DNA of 32,000 nucleotides from Vibrio vulnificus CMCP6 (GTDB lineage: Bacteria; Pseudomonadota; Gammaproteobacteria; Enterobacterales; Vibrionaceae), in contig NC_004459.3 in the NCBI RefSeq assembly GCF_000039765.1, positions 2,211,127-2,243,126 of the forward strand, read 5' to 3'. Positions 16,744 to 26,629 of this stretch are shown here, piece by piece (within the stretch, counting starts at the first letter, position 1; the number at the start of each line of letters is the position of its first letter). The translations under genes and the position numbers were made by a program. Below the pieces are notes generated by a model. The model was not told the DNA's origin. It made no database searches and saw only the letters and a list, made by a program, of their open reading frames with translations.

Positions 16744-19080
16744 ATGACAACGACCACGCATATCCTCGGCTATCCCCGTATCGGCGAAAAACGCGAACTC
16801 AAATTTGCCCAAGAAAAATATTGGCGCGGAGAAATCGACCAAGCTGAATTGAAAAAAGTCGGTGCGGAGCTGCGCCACAAAAACTGGCAAACTCAAGCCT
16901 CAGCAGGGCTTAGCTTTGCCGTTGCAGGGGACTTCGCATGGTATGACCATGTTCTAACCACCACCTTGTTGCTTGGCCATGTGCCAAAACGCCATCGTCA
17001 TGGCTTCCCTGATTTGGATACCTTGTTCCGAGTGGGCCGTGGTCAGTCGCAATCGAGCTGTGCGTGTCATGGTGCGGCGGCGTCAGACATGACGAAATGG
17101 TTCAACACCAACTATCACTACATCGTGCCAGAATTCAGTAAAGAGGACACCTTTGAAGTCAGCTGGCCGCAACTGTTTGAAGAAGTGAACGAAGCCGTAC
17201 AAGCTGGCCATAACGTAAAACCGGTGCTGCTTGGCCCACTGAGTTACCTCTACCTTGGGAAGGAAATTGAAGACGGATTTGACCGCTTAACACTGTTACC
17301 TCGTTTGCTCACCGCTTACCAAGCGATTTTGGCCAAGTTGGCCAAGCAAGGTGTTGAATGGGTGCAAATTGATGAACCTATTCTTGCACTTGAGTTGGAA
17401 AAGCCTTGGCTTGATGCATTTAAGCTTGCTTACCAAGTGATCCGCAGCGATGTAAAAGTGCTGCTGACCACCTATTTTGACTCTGTTGTAGATTCGCTTG
17501 ATCGCATTGTCGAGCTCTCAGTGGACGGCCTTCATGTCGACCTTTCTGCCGCACCTGAGCAGTTGGATGCGGTGCTGGCTAAGTTGCCGCAAAATTGGGT
17601 GCTGTCGCTTGGGGTTGTCAACGGTCGTAACGTGTGGCGCTCGGATGTCAAAGCGCAGCTAGAGCGCCTTCAGCCCGTGAAAGCAGCATTAGGCGAGCGC
17701 CTTTGGGTCGCCAGTTCATGTTCGCTGCTGCATTCTCCGGTGGATTTAGAGCTAGAAGCGGGTTTGTCTGCAGAAGTGCGTAGCTGGTTTGCTTTTGCTA
17801 AACAGAAAGTGTCGGAAGTGGTGCTCCTGGGTAAAGCGCTGGATGGAGATGCGGCGGCGATTGCACAGTGTGAGGCGTACAGCCAGCCAATCCAAGCACG
17901 CAAATCGGCTGCTCATGTACACAAAGCAACGGTACAGTCACGAGTCAATGCTATTACCGCAGAGCTTGCTCAGCGCAGTGTGCCTTATGCTGAGCGTGCG
18001 CGACACCAAGCTGAGGTGCTGCAGTTGCCACTATTACCAACCACCACCATTGGCTCTTTCCCGCAAACCAGCGAGATCCGTGTTCAGCGCAGTGCCTATC
18101 GCAGCGGTCAGCTTTCCTCGGCAGAGTATGAACAAGCGCTAAAAGGCCACATAGCGGATGCGGTCAAACGCCAAGAGGCGCTCGATCTCGATGTGCTTGT
18201 TCACGGCGAAGCGGAGCGCAACGACATGGTTGAGTATTTTGCTGAAAACCTGGCGGGCTTCCAAACCACGCAATTTGGTTGGGTGCAAAGCTACGGCTCG
18301 CGCTGCGTGAAACCGGCCATTGTGGTCGCGGATATTGAGCGCGAGCAGCCTATTACGGTGGGTTGGTCTACCTACGCCCAGTCGCTCACTTCAAAACAGA
18401 TGAAAGGCATGCTGACGGGCCCAGTCACAATTCTATGCTGGACATTCCCACGTGAAGACATCAGCCGTAAAGCGATTGCCCAGCAACTGGCTTTGGCGCT
18501 TCGTGATGAAGTCTCGGATCTGCAAGATGCAGGCATCAACATCATTCAAATTGATGAACCTGCAATTCGTGAAGGTCTGCCACTGAAAAAACGTGATCAT
18601 CAAAACTACCTAGATTGGGCAGTCGAAGCGTTTCGCATTTCAGCGGCGAGTGCGAGGCCAGAAACGCAGATCCACACTCACATGTGTTACAGCGAGTTCA
18701 ATGAAATCATTGAGTCGGTGGCGGCATTGGATGCGGATGTGATTACCATTGAAACGTCACGCTCGAATATGGAACTGCTTAAAGCATTTGAAGAGTTCAA
18801 CTACCCGAATGAAATTGGCCCAGGTGTGTATGATATCCATTCGCCAAACATTCCAAGCGAAGAGTGGATTGTCGATCTCGTGAAGAAAGCGGCGCAGAAG
18901 ATCCCAGTAGAGCGTTTGTGGGTAAACCCAGACTGCGGATTGAAAACACGCAACTGGCCAGAAACCGAAGCCGCGTTGGCAAACTTGGTGTCTGCAGCAA
19001 AACGTTTGAGAAAAGAGTTCGCCAAGGAGACTACCGCTGTGAATAGCGAGGCAGTGGCAGACGTAGAAACGGAAGCCTAA
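16744..19080 (+). CDS. metE: Cobalamin-independent methionine synthase (5-methyltetrahydropteroyltriglutamate-homocysteine S-methyltransferase)
   Basis: [27 protein letters not shown]..., [16 protein letters not shown], and the C-terminal Zn-site region HTHMCYSEF...[11 protein letters not shown] are all classic MetE. The start is set at the ATG at 16744 (AAGGA RBS). The 30-codon track extension from 16654 is not MetE-like. Confidence 0.95.
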   Translation: MTTTTHILGYPRIGEKRELKFAQEKYWRGEIDQAELKKVGAELRHKNWQTQASAGLSFAVAGDFAWYDHVLTTTLLLGHVPKRHRHGFPDLDTLFRVGRGQSQSSCACHGAAASDMTKWFNTNYHYIVPEFSKEDTFEVSWPQLFEEVNEAVQAGHNVKPVLLGPLSYLYLGKEIEDGFDRLTLLPRLLTAYQAILAKLAKQGVEWVQIDEPILALELEKPWLDAFKLAYQVIRSDVKVLLTTYFDSVVDSLDRIVELSVDGLHVDLSAAPEQLDAVLAKLPQNWVLSLGVVNGRNVWRSDVKAQLERLQPVKAALGERLWVASSCSLLHSPVDLELEAGLSAEVRSWFAFAKQKVSEVVLLGKALDGDAAAIAQCEAYSQPIQARKSAAHVHKATVQSRVNAITAELAQRSVPYAERARHQAEVLQLPLLPTTTIGSFPQTSEIRVQRSAYRSGQLSSAEYEQALKGHIADAVKRQEALDLDVLVHGEAERNDMVEYFAENLAGFQTTQFGWVQSYGSRCVKPAIVVADIEREQPITVGWSTYAQSLTSKQMKGMLTGPVTILCWTFPREDISRKAIAQQLALALRDEVSDLQDAGINIIQIDEPAIREGLPLKKRDHQNYLDWAVEAFRISAASARPETQIHTHMCYSEFNEIIESVAALDADVITIETSRSNMELLKAFEEFNYPNEIGPGVYDIHSPNIPSEEWIVDLVKKAAQKIPVERLWVNPDCGLKTRNWPETEAALANLVSAAKRLRKEFAKETTAVNSEAVADVETEA

Positions 19081-19120
19081 AGCGAGCGCGTAAAGAGACC
19101 GAATGAGTCATAAAACAAAA

Positions 19121-19149
19121 GGGGTTGGCATAGTGCCAACCCCTTTTTC
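19121..19149. terminator. Bidirectional intrinsic terminator between convergent metE and pta
   Basis: aaaaGGGGTTGGCAtagTGCCAACCCCttttt is a 10-bp GC-rich stem with a 3-4 nt loop, flanked by an A-run and a T-run. Confidence 0.85.
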
Positions 19150-19198
19150 GTTCTATCGCTGCTCAGTCTTACTGACAAGAGACAAAAGATTCAGTGGA

Positions 19199-21343
19199 TT
19201 ATTTCTGATCTTGAGTCGCTTGGATTGCAGTTAGAGCGATGGTGTAGACGATATCGTCGACTAGCGCGCCACGAGACAGGTCGTTTACCGGCTTGCGCAT
19301 ACCTTGCAGCATTGGACCGATAGAAACAAGGTCGGCTGAACGTTGTACCGCTTTGTAAGTCGTGTTACCCGTGTTGAGGTCTGGGAATACGAATACGGTC
19401 GCTTTACCTGCTACTGGAGAGTTAGGCGCTTTAGACGCTGCCACGTTTTCCATGATCGCTGCGTCGTACTGCAGAGGACCGTCGATGATCAGATCAGGAC
19501 GTTTCTCTTGAGCCAGTTTGGTCGCTTCACGTACTTTATCAACGTCTGCACCCTTACCAGACTCACCAGTAGAGTAAGAGATCATTGCTACGCGTGGGTC
19601 GATACCAAAGGCTGCAGCAGAATCCGCAGATTGAATCGCGATTTCTGCAAGCTGTTCTGCCGTTGGATCCGGGTTGATCGCACAGTCACCGTAAACCAGT
19701 ACTTGATCAGGCAGAAGCATGAAGAATACAGAAGATACGATAGACGCATTTGGTGCTGTCTTGATGATTTGGAACGGAGGAACGATGGTGTTTGCCGTCG
19801 TGTGAACCGCACCAGATACTAGACCGTCAACTTCATCGTTCTCAAGCATCATAGTGCCTAGGAACACAGAATCTTGAAGCTTCTCACGAGCGACAACTTC
19901 CGTCATGCCTTTCGAGCCACGTAGCTCAACAAGACGAGCAACGTAGTTTTCGCGAATCGCGTCTGCATCGATGATCTTAACGCCAGCACCTAGTTCAACA
20001 CCTTGCTGTGCGGCCACGCGCTTGATCTCTTCAGGGTTACCTAGCAGCACACATTCTGCGATACCGCGTTCAGCACAGATCGCTGCCGCTTTCACAGTAC
20101 GTGGCTCGTCACCTTCAGGAAGAACGATGCGTTTACCCGCTTTACGAGCAAGCTCAGTCAACTGGTAACGGAATGCTGGAGGACTTAGACGACGAGAACG
20201 CTCAGTACCTTCTGTCATTGACTCAATCCAGTTGCCATCGATGTGACCTGCAACGTGGTCATTGATGAACTCGATACGCTCTTTATCGTCTGCAGGTACT
20301 TCTAGGCTGAAGCTCTGTAGATTGAGCGAAGTCTGCCAAGTGTTACCTTGTGCTTTGAAAATTGGAAGGCCACTTTCAAACGCTGGCTTACATAGGTTTT
20401 CGATTTCTGTAGGAATATCGTAACCGCCAGTCAGAAGTACTGCGCCAATTTCAACACCATTCATTGCTGCTAGAGAGGCCGCAACGATAACATCTGGACG
20501 GTCTGCAGAAGTCACAAGCAGTGAGCCTGGTTTGAAGTGCTCAATCATGTGTGGCAGAGAACGTGCACAGAAGGTGATGCTCTTAATACGACGAGTGTTG
20601 ATGTCGCCTTCGTTGATCACTTCTGCTTTCAGGTGTTTCGCCATATCGATTGCGCGAGTTGCAATCAGGTTGATGCTCCATGGCACACAACCTAGAACGC
20701 GAATTGGGCTAGAGTTGAAGATTTGCATCACTTCTAGCTGGTTTTGTTTCGCGCTGTCTGCGTCATCGAAGATCTCTGATAGATCAGGACGCGTACGGCC
20801 TGCTTCATCAACTGGCGCGTTTAGCTTGTTGATGATAACACCAGAGATGTTTTTGTTTTTCGTGCCACCGAAGTTTGAACAAGCCACTTCGATACGCTCT
20901 TTTAGCTGTGCTGGGTTGTCAGTGCCTGGGGTCGCCACAAGAACAATTTCAGCACCAAGTGTTGCTGCGATTTCCGCGTTCACTTGGTTAGCAAATGGGT
21001 GCTTACGAGTAGGAACAAGACCTTCGATTAGCGTAACGTCTGCATCTTTATTAATTTGGTTGTAACGTTCTACAACCGTTTCTAGCAGTTCGTCCATGTT
21101 GTCGTTACCGATTAGGTTCTCAGCAACAGACATCAATAGGGGTTCGCCAATCTTCATATCGCTGTTTGCGCCAACGATAGTGGTAGTAAGATCAGGAAGA
21201 TCACCGCCGCTACGTGGTTGTGCGATAGGCTTGTAGAAAGAAACTTTAACGCCTTTGCGCTCCATAGCGCGAAGAACACCCATGCTTACGCTAGTAAGAC
21301 CAACACCAGCACTCGCAGGGATAAGCATAATAGTACGGGACAT
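19199..21343 (-). CDS. pta: Phosphate acetyltransferase (long form with an N-terminal DRTGG/AAA-like regulatory region)
   Basis: 714 aa. [43 protein letters not shown] resembles the E. coli Pta N-terminus. The C-terminal PTA_PTB catalytic domain includes [15 protein letters not shown] and [20 protein letters not shown]. The gene lies downstream of ackA. Confidence 0.95.
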   Translation of the reverse strand: MSRTIMLIPASAGVGLTSVSMGVLRAMERKGVKVSFYKPIAQPRSGGDLPDLTTTIVGANSDMKIGEPLLMSVAENLIGNDNMDELLETVVERYNQINKDADVTLIEGLVPTRKHPFANQVNAEIAATLGAEIVLVATPGTDNPAQLKERIEVACSNFGGTKNKNISGVIINKLNAPVDEAGRTRPDLSEIFDDADSAKQNQLEVMQIFNSSPIRVLGCVPWSINLIATRAIDMAKHLKAEVINEGDINTRRIKSITFCARSLPHMIEHFKPGSLLVTSADRPDVIVAASLAAMNGVEIGAVLLTGGYDIPTEIENLCKPAFESGLPIFKAQGNTWQTSLNLQSFSLEVPADDKERIEFINDHVAGHIDGNWIESMTEGTERSRRLSPPAFRYQLTELARKAGKRIVLPEGDEPRTVKAAAICAERGIAECVLLGNPEEIKRVAAQQGVELGAGVKIIDADAIRENYVARLVELRGSKGMTEVVAREKLQDSVFLGTMMLENDEVDGLVSGAVHTTANTIVPPFQIIKTAPNASIVSSVFFMLLPDQVLVYGDCAINPDPTAEQLAEIAIQSADSAAAFGIDPRVAMISYSTGESGKGADVDKVREATKLAQEKRPDLIIDGPLQYDAAIMENVAASKAPNSPVAGKATVFVFPDLNTGNTTYKAVQRSADLVSIGPMLQGMRKPVNDLSRGALVDDIVYTIALTAIQATQDQK

Positions 21344-21393
21344 CAGAGAAAGTACCTTTAACTATTGGGGGATTTAAAGCTTTACTGCTTATG

Positions 21394-21471
21394 GTTTGGC
21401 GAACCAAACAATAGAAGTGAAGCCCAAGATTCTTTATCAAAAAGAAATCTGGCTAGCCCGAAGGCTAGCCA
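21394..21471 (-). promoter_or_regulatory. Two UUCG-tetraloop stem-loops in the ackA-pta spacer. The ackA-proximal one is followed by a U-rich tract, giving a terminator/attenuator-like arrangement.
   Basis: Read on the - strand, the first is U-GGCUAGCC-UUCG-GGCUAGCC-A (21450-21471), followed by GAUUUCUUUUUG. The second is GUUUGG-UUCG-CCAAAC (21394-21409). Confidence 0.55.
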
Positions 21472-21481
21472 GAGAAGTCAA

Positions 21482-22678
21482 TTAAAGACCTGCTAGGCGA
21501 GCAGTGTCTTCTGCAATAACAAGCTCTTCGTTAGTCGAGATAACCATTGCTGGGATACGGCTGTTTGCTGTTGTGATAACGCCTTCACCGCCGAAACGTG
21601 CTTTTAGGTTTGCTTCGCTGTCAACTTCGATACCGAAGATGCCTAGGCGGTTAAGAACCATTTCACGGATAGGCGCAGAGTTTTCACCGATACCACCAGT
21701 GAAAGTGATTGCGTCTAGACGGCCTTCTAGAGTTGCCGTGTAACCAGCAACGTATTTCGCTAGGCGGTGGCAGAATACGTCCATCGCACGAGTTGCTTCT
21801 TCTTTTTGACCGTAGTTGTCTTCAACGAAACGACAGTCAGAAGTCACTTCAGTTAGACCAGCAAGGCCAGACTCTTTGGTTAGCATCGTGTTGATTTTCT
21901 CAACAGAGTAGCCAAGAGTGTCGTGTAGGTGGAAGATGATCGCAGGATCGATGTCACCACAACGAGTACCCATTACTAGACCTTCAAGTGGCGTTAGACC
22001 CATTGAAGTATCAACAGATTGGCCGTTCTTCACTGCACAAACAGACGCACCGTTACCTAGGTGACAGTTGATGATGTTTACTTCTTCAACTGGCTTGTTT
22101 AGTAGGCTTGCAACTTCACGAGTGATGAATAGGTGTGAAGTACCGTGCATGCCGTAACGACGGATACCGTGCTCTTTGTAAAGGTTGTATGGAAGTGCGT
22201 ATAGGTACGCTTCTTCTGGCATAGTTTGGTGGAAAGCGGTGTCAAACACAGCAACGTTTTTCAGTGCTGGGAAAGATTTTTGAGCGGCTTTGATACCAAT
22301 GATGTGCGCAGGGTTGTGAAGAGGCGCAAGTGTTGCACAATCTTCAATACCTTTAAGAACTTCGTCAGTGATTAGAGCTGATTGAGTGAACTGCTCACCA
22401 CCGTGTACTACGCGGTGACCGATTGCAGCTAGGTTTTCAGAAAGCTCTGGCTTAGAAGCAAGAATAGTTTCTACCATGAACGCTAGTGCTTCTTCGTGTG
22501 CTGCACCGTTACCTAGTTGAGCTTCGTGCTTACCATCAAGTTTCCACTTGATGCGAGCTTCAGGAAGGTGAAGACATTCAGCAAGACCTGAAAGATGCTC
22601 TGCACCATTCTCAGCATCAACAACAGCAAATTTAAGAGAAGAACTACCGCAGTTTAAAACTAAAACTAGCTTAGACAT
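21482..22678 (-). CDS. ackA: Acetate kinase
   Basis: 398 aa. [44 protein letters not shown] and RYGMHGTSH are canonical acetate kinase motifs. Confidence 0.96.
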
Positions 22679-23019
22679 GTGTGACTACCTGTTATTCGTC
22701 TGATTAAAATCAGTAAGGATGAAAAATCATTCACAAGAATAGACGATGCAACCAAAGCTGCGCACTAATCTTGGTCAAAAAACTTTCAATTTCCGTATTT
22801 CTAAGAGAGAGGTGAACCCGTATCACCCCTTTGCGATCCATTGCAGAAGGTCTTCAGAGTTGCTTAAATTGTAAATAACAGCAACAATGAGATTGAGGGT
22901 CTGCAAAGGATAGCGATAATAAGCAATGATAACAAAAAAAATTTGAAAGAATATTAACTTTCATCAATTTTTTGCGTTTTCAGTTGAAATCTTCAACTAA
23001 TTTTTAGTGAGAGAGCAGT

Positions 23020-23472
23020 ATGAACAATAAAGTCGGACTTGCCCACAGTCTGCGAGACGGGCAAAAGTACATGGATACTTGGCCGATGCGCAAAGAGCTG
23101 AGTGCCATTTTTCCTGAACAACGGATTATCAAAGCAACGCGTTTTGGCATTAAAGTGATGCCAGCGATAGCAGCCATCAGCGTCCTGACTCAAATGGCGT
23201 TCAACAATTATCAAGCTCTGCCTCAAGCGATTGTCATGGCTTTATTTGCACTGAGTTTGCCTTTGCAAGGAATGTGGTGGTTAGGCCATCGTTCCAATAC
23301 TCAACTGCCACCAGCACTGGCTACGTGGTATCGAGAATTGCATCAGAAAATTGTCGAAAGTGGTTCGGCACTAGAACCGCTTAAATCCCGACCTCGCTAC
23401 AAAGAGTTGGCGCATACCTTAAACCGCGCTTTCCGTCACTTAGATAAATCCGCGCTCGAGCGTTGGTTCTAA
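23020..23472 (+). CDS. yfbV: UPF0208 inner-membrane protein YfbV
   Basis: 150 aa. [32 protein letters not shown]...[19 protein letters not shown] matches the YfbV pattern as I remember it. The gene is divergent from ackA, exactly as in E. coli. Confidence 0.8.
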
Positions 23473-23499
23473 GTTTCCACTTGTTCAAAAAAGATCGTT

Positions 23500-23535
23500 A
23501 ACGGGCAGCCAATCGGGTTGCCCGTTTTGTTTTTG
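23500..23535 (+). terminator. Intrinsic terminator after yfbV
   Basis: AACGGGCAGCCaatcGGGTTGCCCGTT followed by TTGTTTTT. The stem contains one mismatch. Confidence 0.7.
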
Positions 23536-23736
23536 CCCGCTGAGTGACCGTCATTTATCTCTCGTTTTGTTGTATTTCTGTTAAATCCTGCTTTCCTAAT
23601 AGAGAAGTTGCTGGTAATAATGTCATTCAGATGTACAAAAAGTGCACAAAAATAATTGCTTAACCTTACTCATCCAGAGTGGAGGTTTCGTGATACCACA
23701 CAACATCTCAACCTATGCTGAATTCAAGGAGTCAAG

Positions 23737-24702
23737 ATGAAAGCAGGAAAACTGATCGCCACGGCTGTTCTTGCCGGTGCTGCTTTAATTTCTTCCCATT
23801 CTGTGATGGCAAAAACTGCCAAAGTTGCCGTTTCACAAATCGTTGAACACCCCGCACTTGATGCCACCCGACAAGGCCTTTTAGATGGACTAAAAGCAAA
23901 AGGGTATGTCGAAGGAGAAAACCTCGAGTTTGATTACAAAACGGCGCAAGGTAACCCAGCGATTGCGGTACAAATTGCTCGTCAGTTTGTCGGGGAAAGC
24001 CCGGATGTCTTAGTTGGTATCGCAACCCCAACGGCTCAAGCATTGGTCTCGGCCACGCGCTCTATTCCAGTTGTATTTACTGCTGTTACTGATCCTGTAG
24101 GCGCTAAACTGGTGAAATCCATGGAGCAACCGGGGAAAAACGTCACTGGTCTTTCCGATCTTTCACCAGTATCTCAGCACGTTGACCTTATTAAAGAGCT
24201 GTTGCCTAATGCCAAAGCGATTGGCGTGGTGTACAACCCAGGCGAAGCAAACGCGGTTACTTTGGTTGAGCTATTGAAGAAAAGCGCGGCAGAAAAAGGT
24301 TTAAAGGTGGTGGAGTCGACCGCATTAAAAAGTGCGGATGTGCAATCTGCGACTCAAGCGATTGCTGCGAAATCTGACGTGATTTACGCTCCGACGGATA
24401 ACACAGTGGCCAGTGCGATTGAAGGGATGATTGTCGCGGCCAATCAAGCGAAAAAACCAGTATTTGGTGGTGCAACTTCCTATGTTGAGAAAGGGGCAAT
24501 CGCAGGCTTAGGCTTCGATTACTACCAAGTTGGCGTGCAAACGGCGGATTACGTTGCTGCGATCTTGGAAGGTCAAGAGCCAGGTAAGCTCGACGTAAAA
24601 GTGGCTACTGGATCAGATCTTGTTGTGAATCAAGGCACTGCAGAGAAATTAGGTATTACTATTCCAGCCTCTGTGCTTTCTCGAGCCACAGACATCAAAT
24701 AA
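23737..24702 (+). CDS. ABC transporter periplasmic substrate-binding protein (PF04392 'ABC_sub_bind' type)
   Basis: There is a signal peptide (MKAGKLIATAVLAGAALISSHSVMA), then KVAVSQIVEHPALDATRQGLLDGLKAKGYVEGENLEFDYKTAQGNPAIAVQIARQF..IATPTAQA, which is typical of this family. An AAGGAG RBS is present. Confidence 0.85.
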   Translation: MKAGKLIATAVLAGAALISSHSVMAKTAKVAVSQIVEHPALDATRQGLLDGLKAKGYVEGENLEFDYKTAQGNPAIAVQIARQFVGESPDVLVGIATPTAQALVSATRSIPVVFTAVTDPVGAKLVKSMEQPGKNVTGLSDLSPVSQHVDLIKELLPNAKAIGVVYNPGEANAVTLVELLKKSAAEKGLKVVESTALKSADVQSATQAIAAKSDVIYAPTDNTVASAIEGMIVAANQAKKPVFGGATSYVEKGAIAGLGFDYYQVGVQTADYVAAILEGQEPGKLDVKVATGSDLVVNQGTAEKLGITIPASVLSRATDIK

Positions 24703-24713
24703 AATCCTATCTA

Positions 24714-24740
24714 GGGCCGACGGAGATTCGGCCCTTTGTT
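24714..24740 (+). terminator. Intra-operon stem-loop (partial terminator) after the binding-protein gene
   Basis: GGGCCGAcggagatTCGGCCC followed by TTTGTT, located between the SBP stop and the permease RBS. This is a common way of over-expressing the SBP relative to the membrane components. Confidence 0.55.
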
Positions 24741-24762
24741 AGAGCAGAATAAAGGAGTTGCT

Positions 24763-25695
24763 ATGTCTGCTTTTGCGTTTTTCGGTGCGCTAGAAATTGG
24801 CTTACTTTACGGCTTAGTTGCCTTAGGTGTTTACTTAACCTTTAGGGTTCTCGATTTTCCGGATTTGAGTGTGGATGGCAGTTTTCCTATGGGTGCTGCG
24901 GTTGCGGCAACCGCTATCGTTGCGGGTGTGAATCCATGGCTAGCCACTGGGATGGCCATTCTTGCTGGTGCGATGACGGGTTGGGTGACCGCTTTTTTGG
25001 CGGTGCGCTGCGGTATTCTTCATCTTTTGGCTTCCATCCTAACCATGATTGCGGCGTTCTCAATCAACATTCGTATTATGGGGCGACCAAACTTGGCGTT
25101 ATTGGGGGAAGAGACCATTTTGACCCCATTTGAAAGCTTGGGTGATCCCATGTTCATCCGTCCACTGGTGGTCGGTATTCTCGTTTTGATCTCCTCTTGG
25201 TTGGTGGTGCGACTGCTCAACAGTGATTTTGGCTTAGGCTTACGCGCCACGGGCGTTAACGCACGTATGGTGCGCGCTCAAGGTGGTAGCACCTCTTTTT
25301 ACACCTATTTTGGTCTTGCGCTGTCGAATGGCTTCGTCGGTTTCGCTGGTGCGTTATTTGCGCAAACCAACAGTTTTGCCGATGTGACGTCGGGTGTCGG
25401 GACTATCGTGGTGGGTTTGGCAGCGGTGATTCTGGGGCAAACGTTGATTCCGGGACGAAAAATTTGGGTTGCCGTTGTTGCGGTCATCGTCGGCTCAGTG
25501 CTTTACCGTTTGGCGGTGGCTTTTGCGCTAAGTTCTGGCATGTTTGGTCTGCAAGCGTCGGATCTCAATTTAGTCACGGCAGTGCTGGTTGCCATCGCGT
25601 TGATTGCGCCAAAACTAAAAGGAAACATGGCGATAAAAAAGCCCGTTAACTCAGGGGCGAGTAGTGGTAAACAGAAGTCAGGAGGTGCACTATGA
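24763..25695 (+). CDS. ABC transporter permease (BPD_transp_2-like) of the same importer
   Basis: Polytopic protein. The start is set at the ATG at 24763 (MSAFAFFGALEIGLLYGLVALGVYLTFRVLDFPDLSVDGSF), preceded by AAGGAG. The stop overlaps the next start (ATGA). Confidence 0.85.
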   Translation: MSAFAFFGALEIGLLYGLVALGVYLTFRVLDFPDLSVDGSFPMGAAVAATAIVAGVNPWLATGMAILAGAMTGWVTAFLAVRCGILHLLASILTMIAAFSINIRIMGRPNLALLGEETILTPFESLGDPMFIRPLVVGILVLISSWLVVRLLNSDFGLGLRATGVNARMVRAQGGSTSFYTYFGLALSNGFVGFAGALFAQTNSFADVTSGVGTIVVGLAAVILGQTLIPGRKIWVAVVAVIVGSVLYRLAVAFALSSGMFGLQASDLNLVTAVLVAIALIAPKLKGNMAIKKPVNSGASSGKQKSGGAL

Positions 25696-26486
25696 TTCGT
25701 TTGGAAGATATTCAGGTCACCTTTAATCGAGGCACCATTCTAGAAAATCGTGCGCTACGTGGTGTCACGCTCGAAGTACCAGAGCATCAGTTTTTGACGG
25801 TGATAGGTTCTAACGGGGCGGGTAAATCGACCTTACTTGGCGCGGTGACAGGTGAAACCCCCATGGTGGGCGGCAAAGTATTGATCGATGACGTCGATGT
25901 GACATCACAAACGGTTGACCAACGCGCTTCTCTTTGTGCAAGGGTGTTCCAAGACCCGCTTGCAGGCACTTGTGGCGCGTTAACCATTGAAGAAAACATG
26001 GCGCTCGCGTACATGCGTGGAAAAAAGCGAGGTTGGCACTTATCGCTCTCAGCAAAGCGTCGCAAACTGTTCCAAGAGCGGATCAGCATTTTGGGGCTAG
26101 GGTTAGAAGATCGTTTGGGTGACAGTATTGGTCTTCTTTCTGGTGGACAACGTCAGGCAGTAAGCCTTGTGATGGCTACGTTGTCAGACAGCAAACTATT
26201 ACTGCTTGATGAGCATACTGCAGCACTTGATCCACGCATGGCGGCGTTCATCATTGATCTCACCAAACGTATCGTCAAAGAGTTTAACTTGACCGTTATG
26301 ATGGTGACGCACTCGATGAAAGATGCGTTGGCGTGTGGCGATCGCACGGTCATGCTGCACCAAGGTGAAATTGTGCTGGATGTCGCTGGTGAGCAGCGAG
26401 AGGGGATGCAGGTGAAAGATCTCCTCGAGATGTTCTCTAAAGTGCGTGGCGAAGAGTTGGCCGACGACAGCTTACTGCTCAATTAG
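25692..26486 (+). CDS. ABC transporter ATP-binding protein
   Basis: Motifs present are Walker A (GSNGAGKST), the ABC signature (LSGGQRQ), Walker B (LLLLDEHTAALD) and an H-loop (VTHSM). A 4-bp ATGA overlap with the permease gene suggests translational coupling. Confidence 0.92.
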   Translation: MIRLEDIQVTFNRGTILENRALRGVTLEVPEHQFLTVIGSNGAGKSTLLGAVTGETPMVGGKVLIDDVDVTSQTVDQRASLCARVFQDPLAGTCGALTIEENMALAYMRGKKRGWHLSLSAKRRKLFQERISILGLGLEDRLGDSIGLLSGGQRQAVSLVMATLSDSKLLLLDEHTAALDPRMAAFIIDLTKRIVKEFNLTVMMVTHSMKDALACGDRTVMLHQGEIVLDVAGEQREGMQVKDLLEMFSKVRGEELADDSLLLN

Positions 26487-26565
26487 TTTTTTCTCTACGC
26501 CCTCGCTATCCTCCTACCGATTGTGATCTCCCCTTGAAAAATAACGTGATTTTTATTTCTCAAGG

Positions 26566-26575
26566 GGGGATGTCG
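26566..26575 (+). promoter_or_regulatory. MalT-box-like motif upstream of malZ
   Basis: GGGGATGTCG matches the remembered MalT box GGGGA(T/G)GAGG at 8/10, and lies 55-64 bp upstream of the malZ ATG. Two weaker inverted copies sit at 26505-26514 (GGAGGA core) and 26524-26533 (GGGGAGATC). Confidence 0.3.
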
Positions 26576-26629
26576 CTCAGCGCTGTGCTTTTAGAATGGT
26601 ATGAAATACCGATTAAAAGAGTACTCGCA

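Noticed and set aside
17041-17073. Cys/His-containing patch [11 protein letters not shown] in the N-terminal domain of MetE, which differs from the E. coli sequence as I remember it
   Set aside because: It lies in a loop that is variable between species, and my recollection of the E. coli residues is not exact. It cannot be evaluated without a multiple alignment or structure.
19343-21065. + strand ORFs of 159 aa and 177 aa antisense to pta
   Set aside because: The opposite strand encodes a full-length, highly conserved Pta. These ORFs have Arg/Cys-rich nonsense composition.
22944-22967. In the ackA/yfbV divergent region: inverted repeat TGAAAG-N8-CTTTCA, overlapping TTAACTTTCATCAA (8/10 to the FNR consensus TTGAT-N4-ATCAA). 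A CRP-like GGTGA-N7-TCACC also lies nearby.
   Set aside because: The matches are partial. The CRP-like site has the wrong spacing (N7 instead of N6). The FNR-like site is about 276 bp from the ackA start. I cannot distinguish these from AT-rich background without a PWM scan or conservation data.
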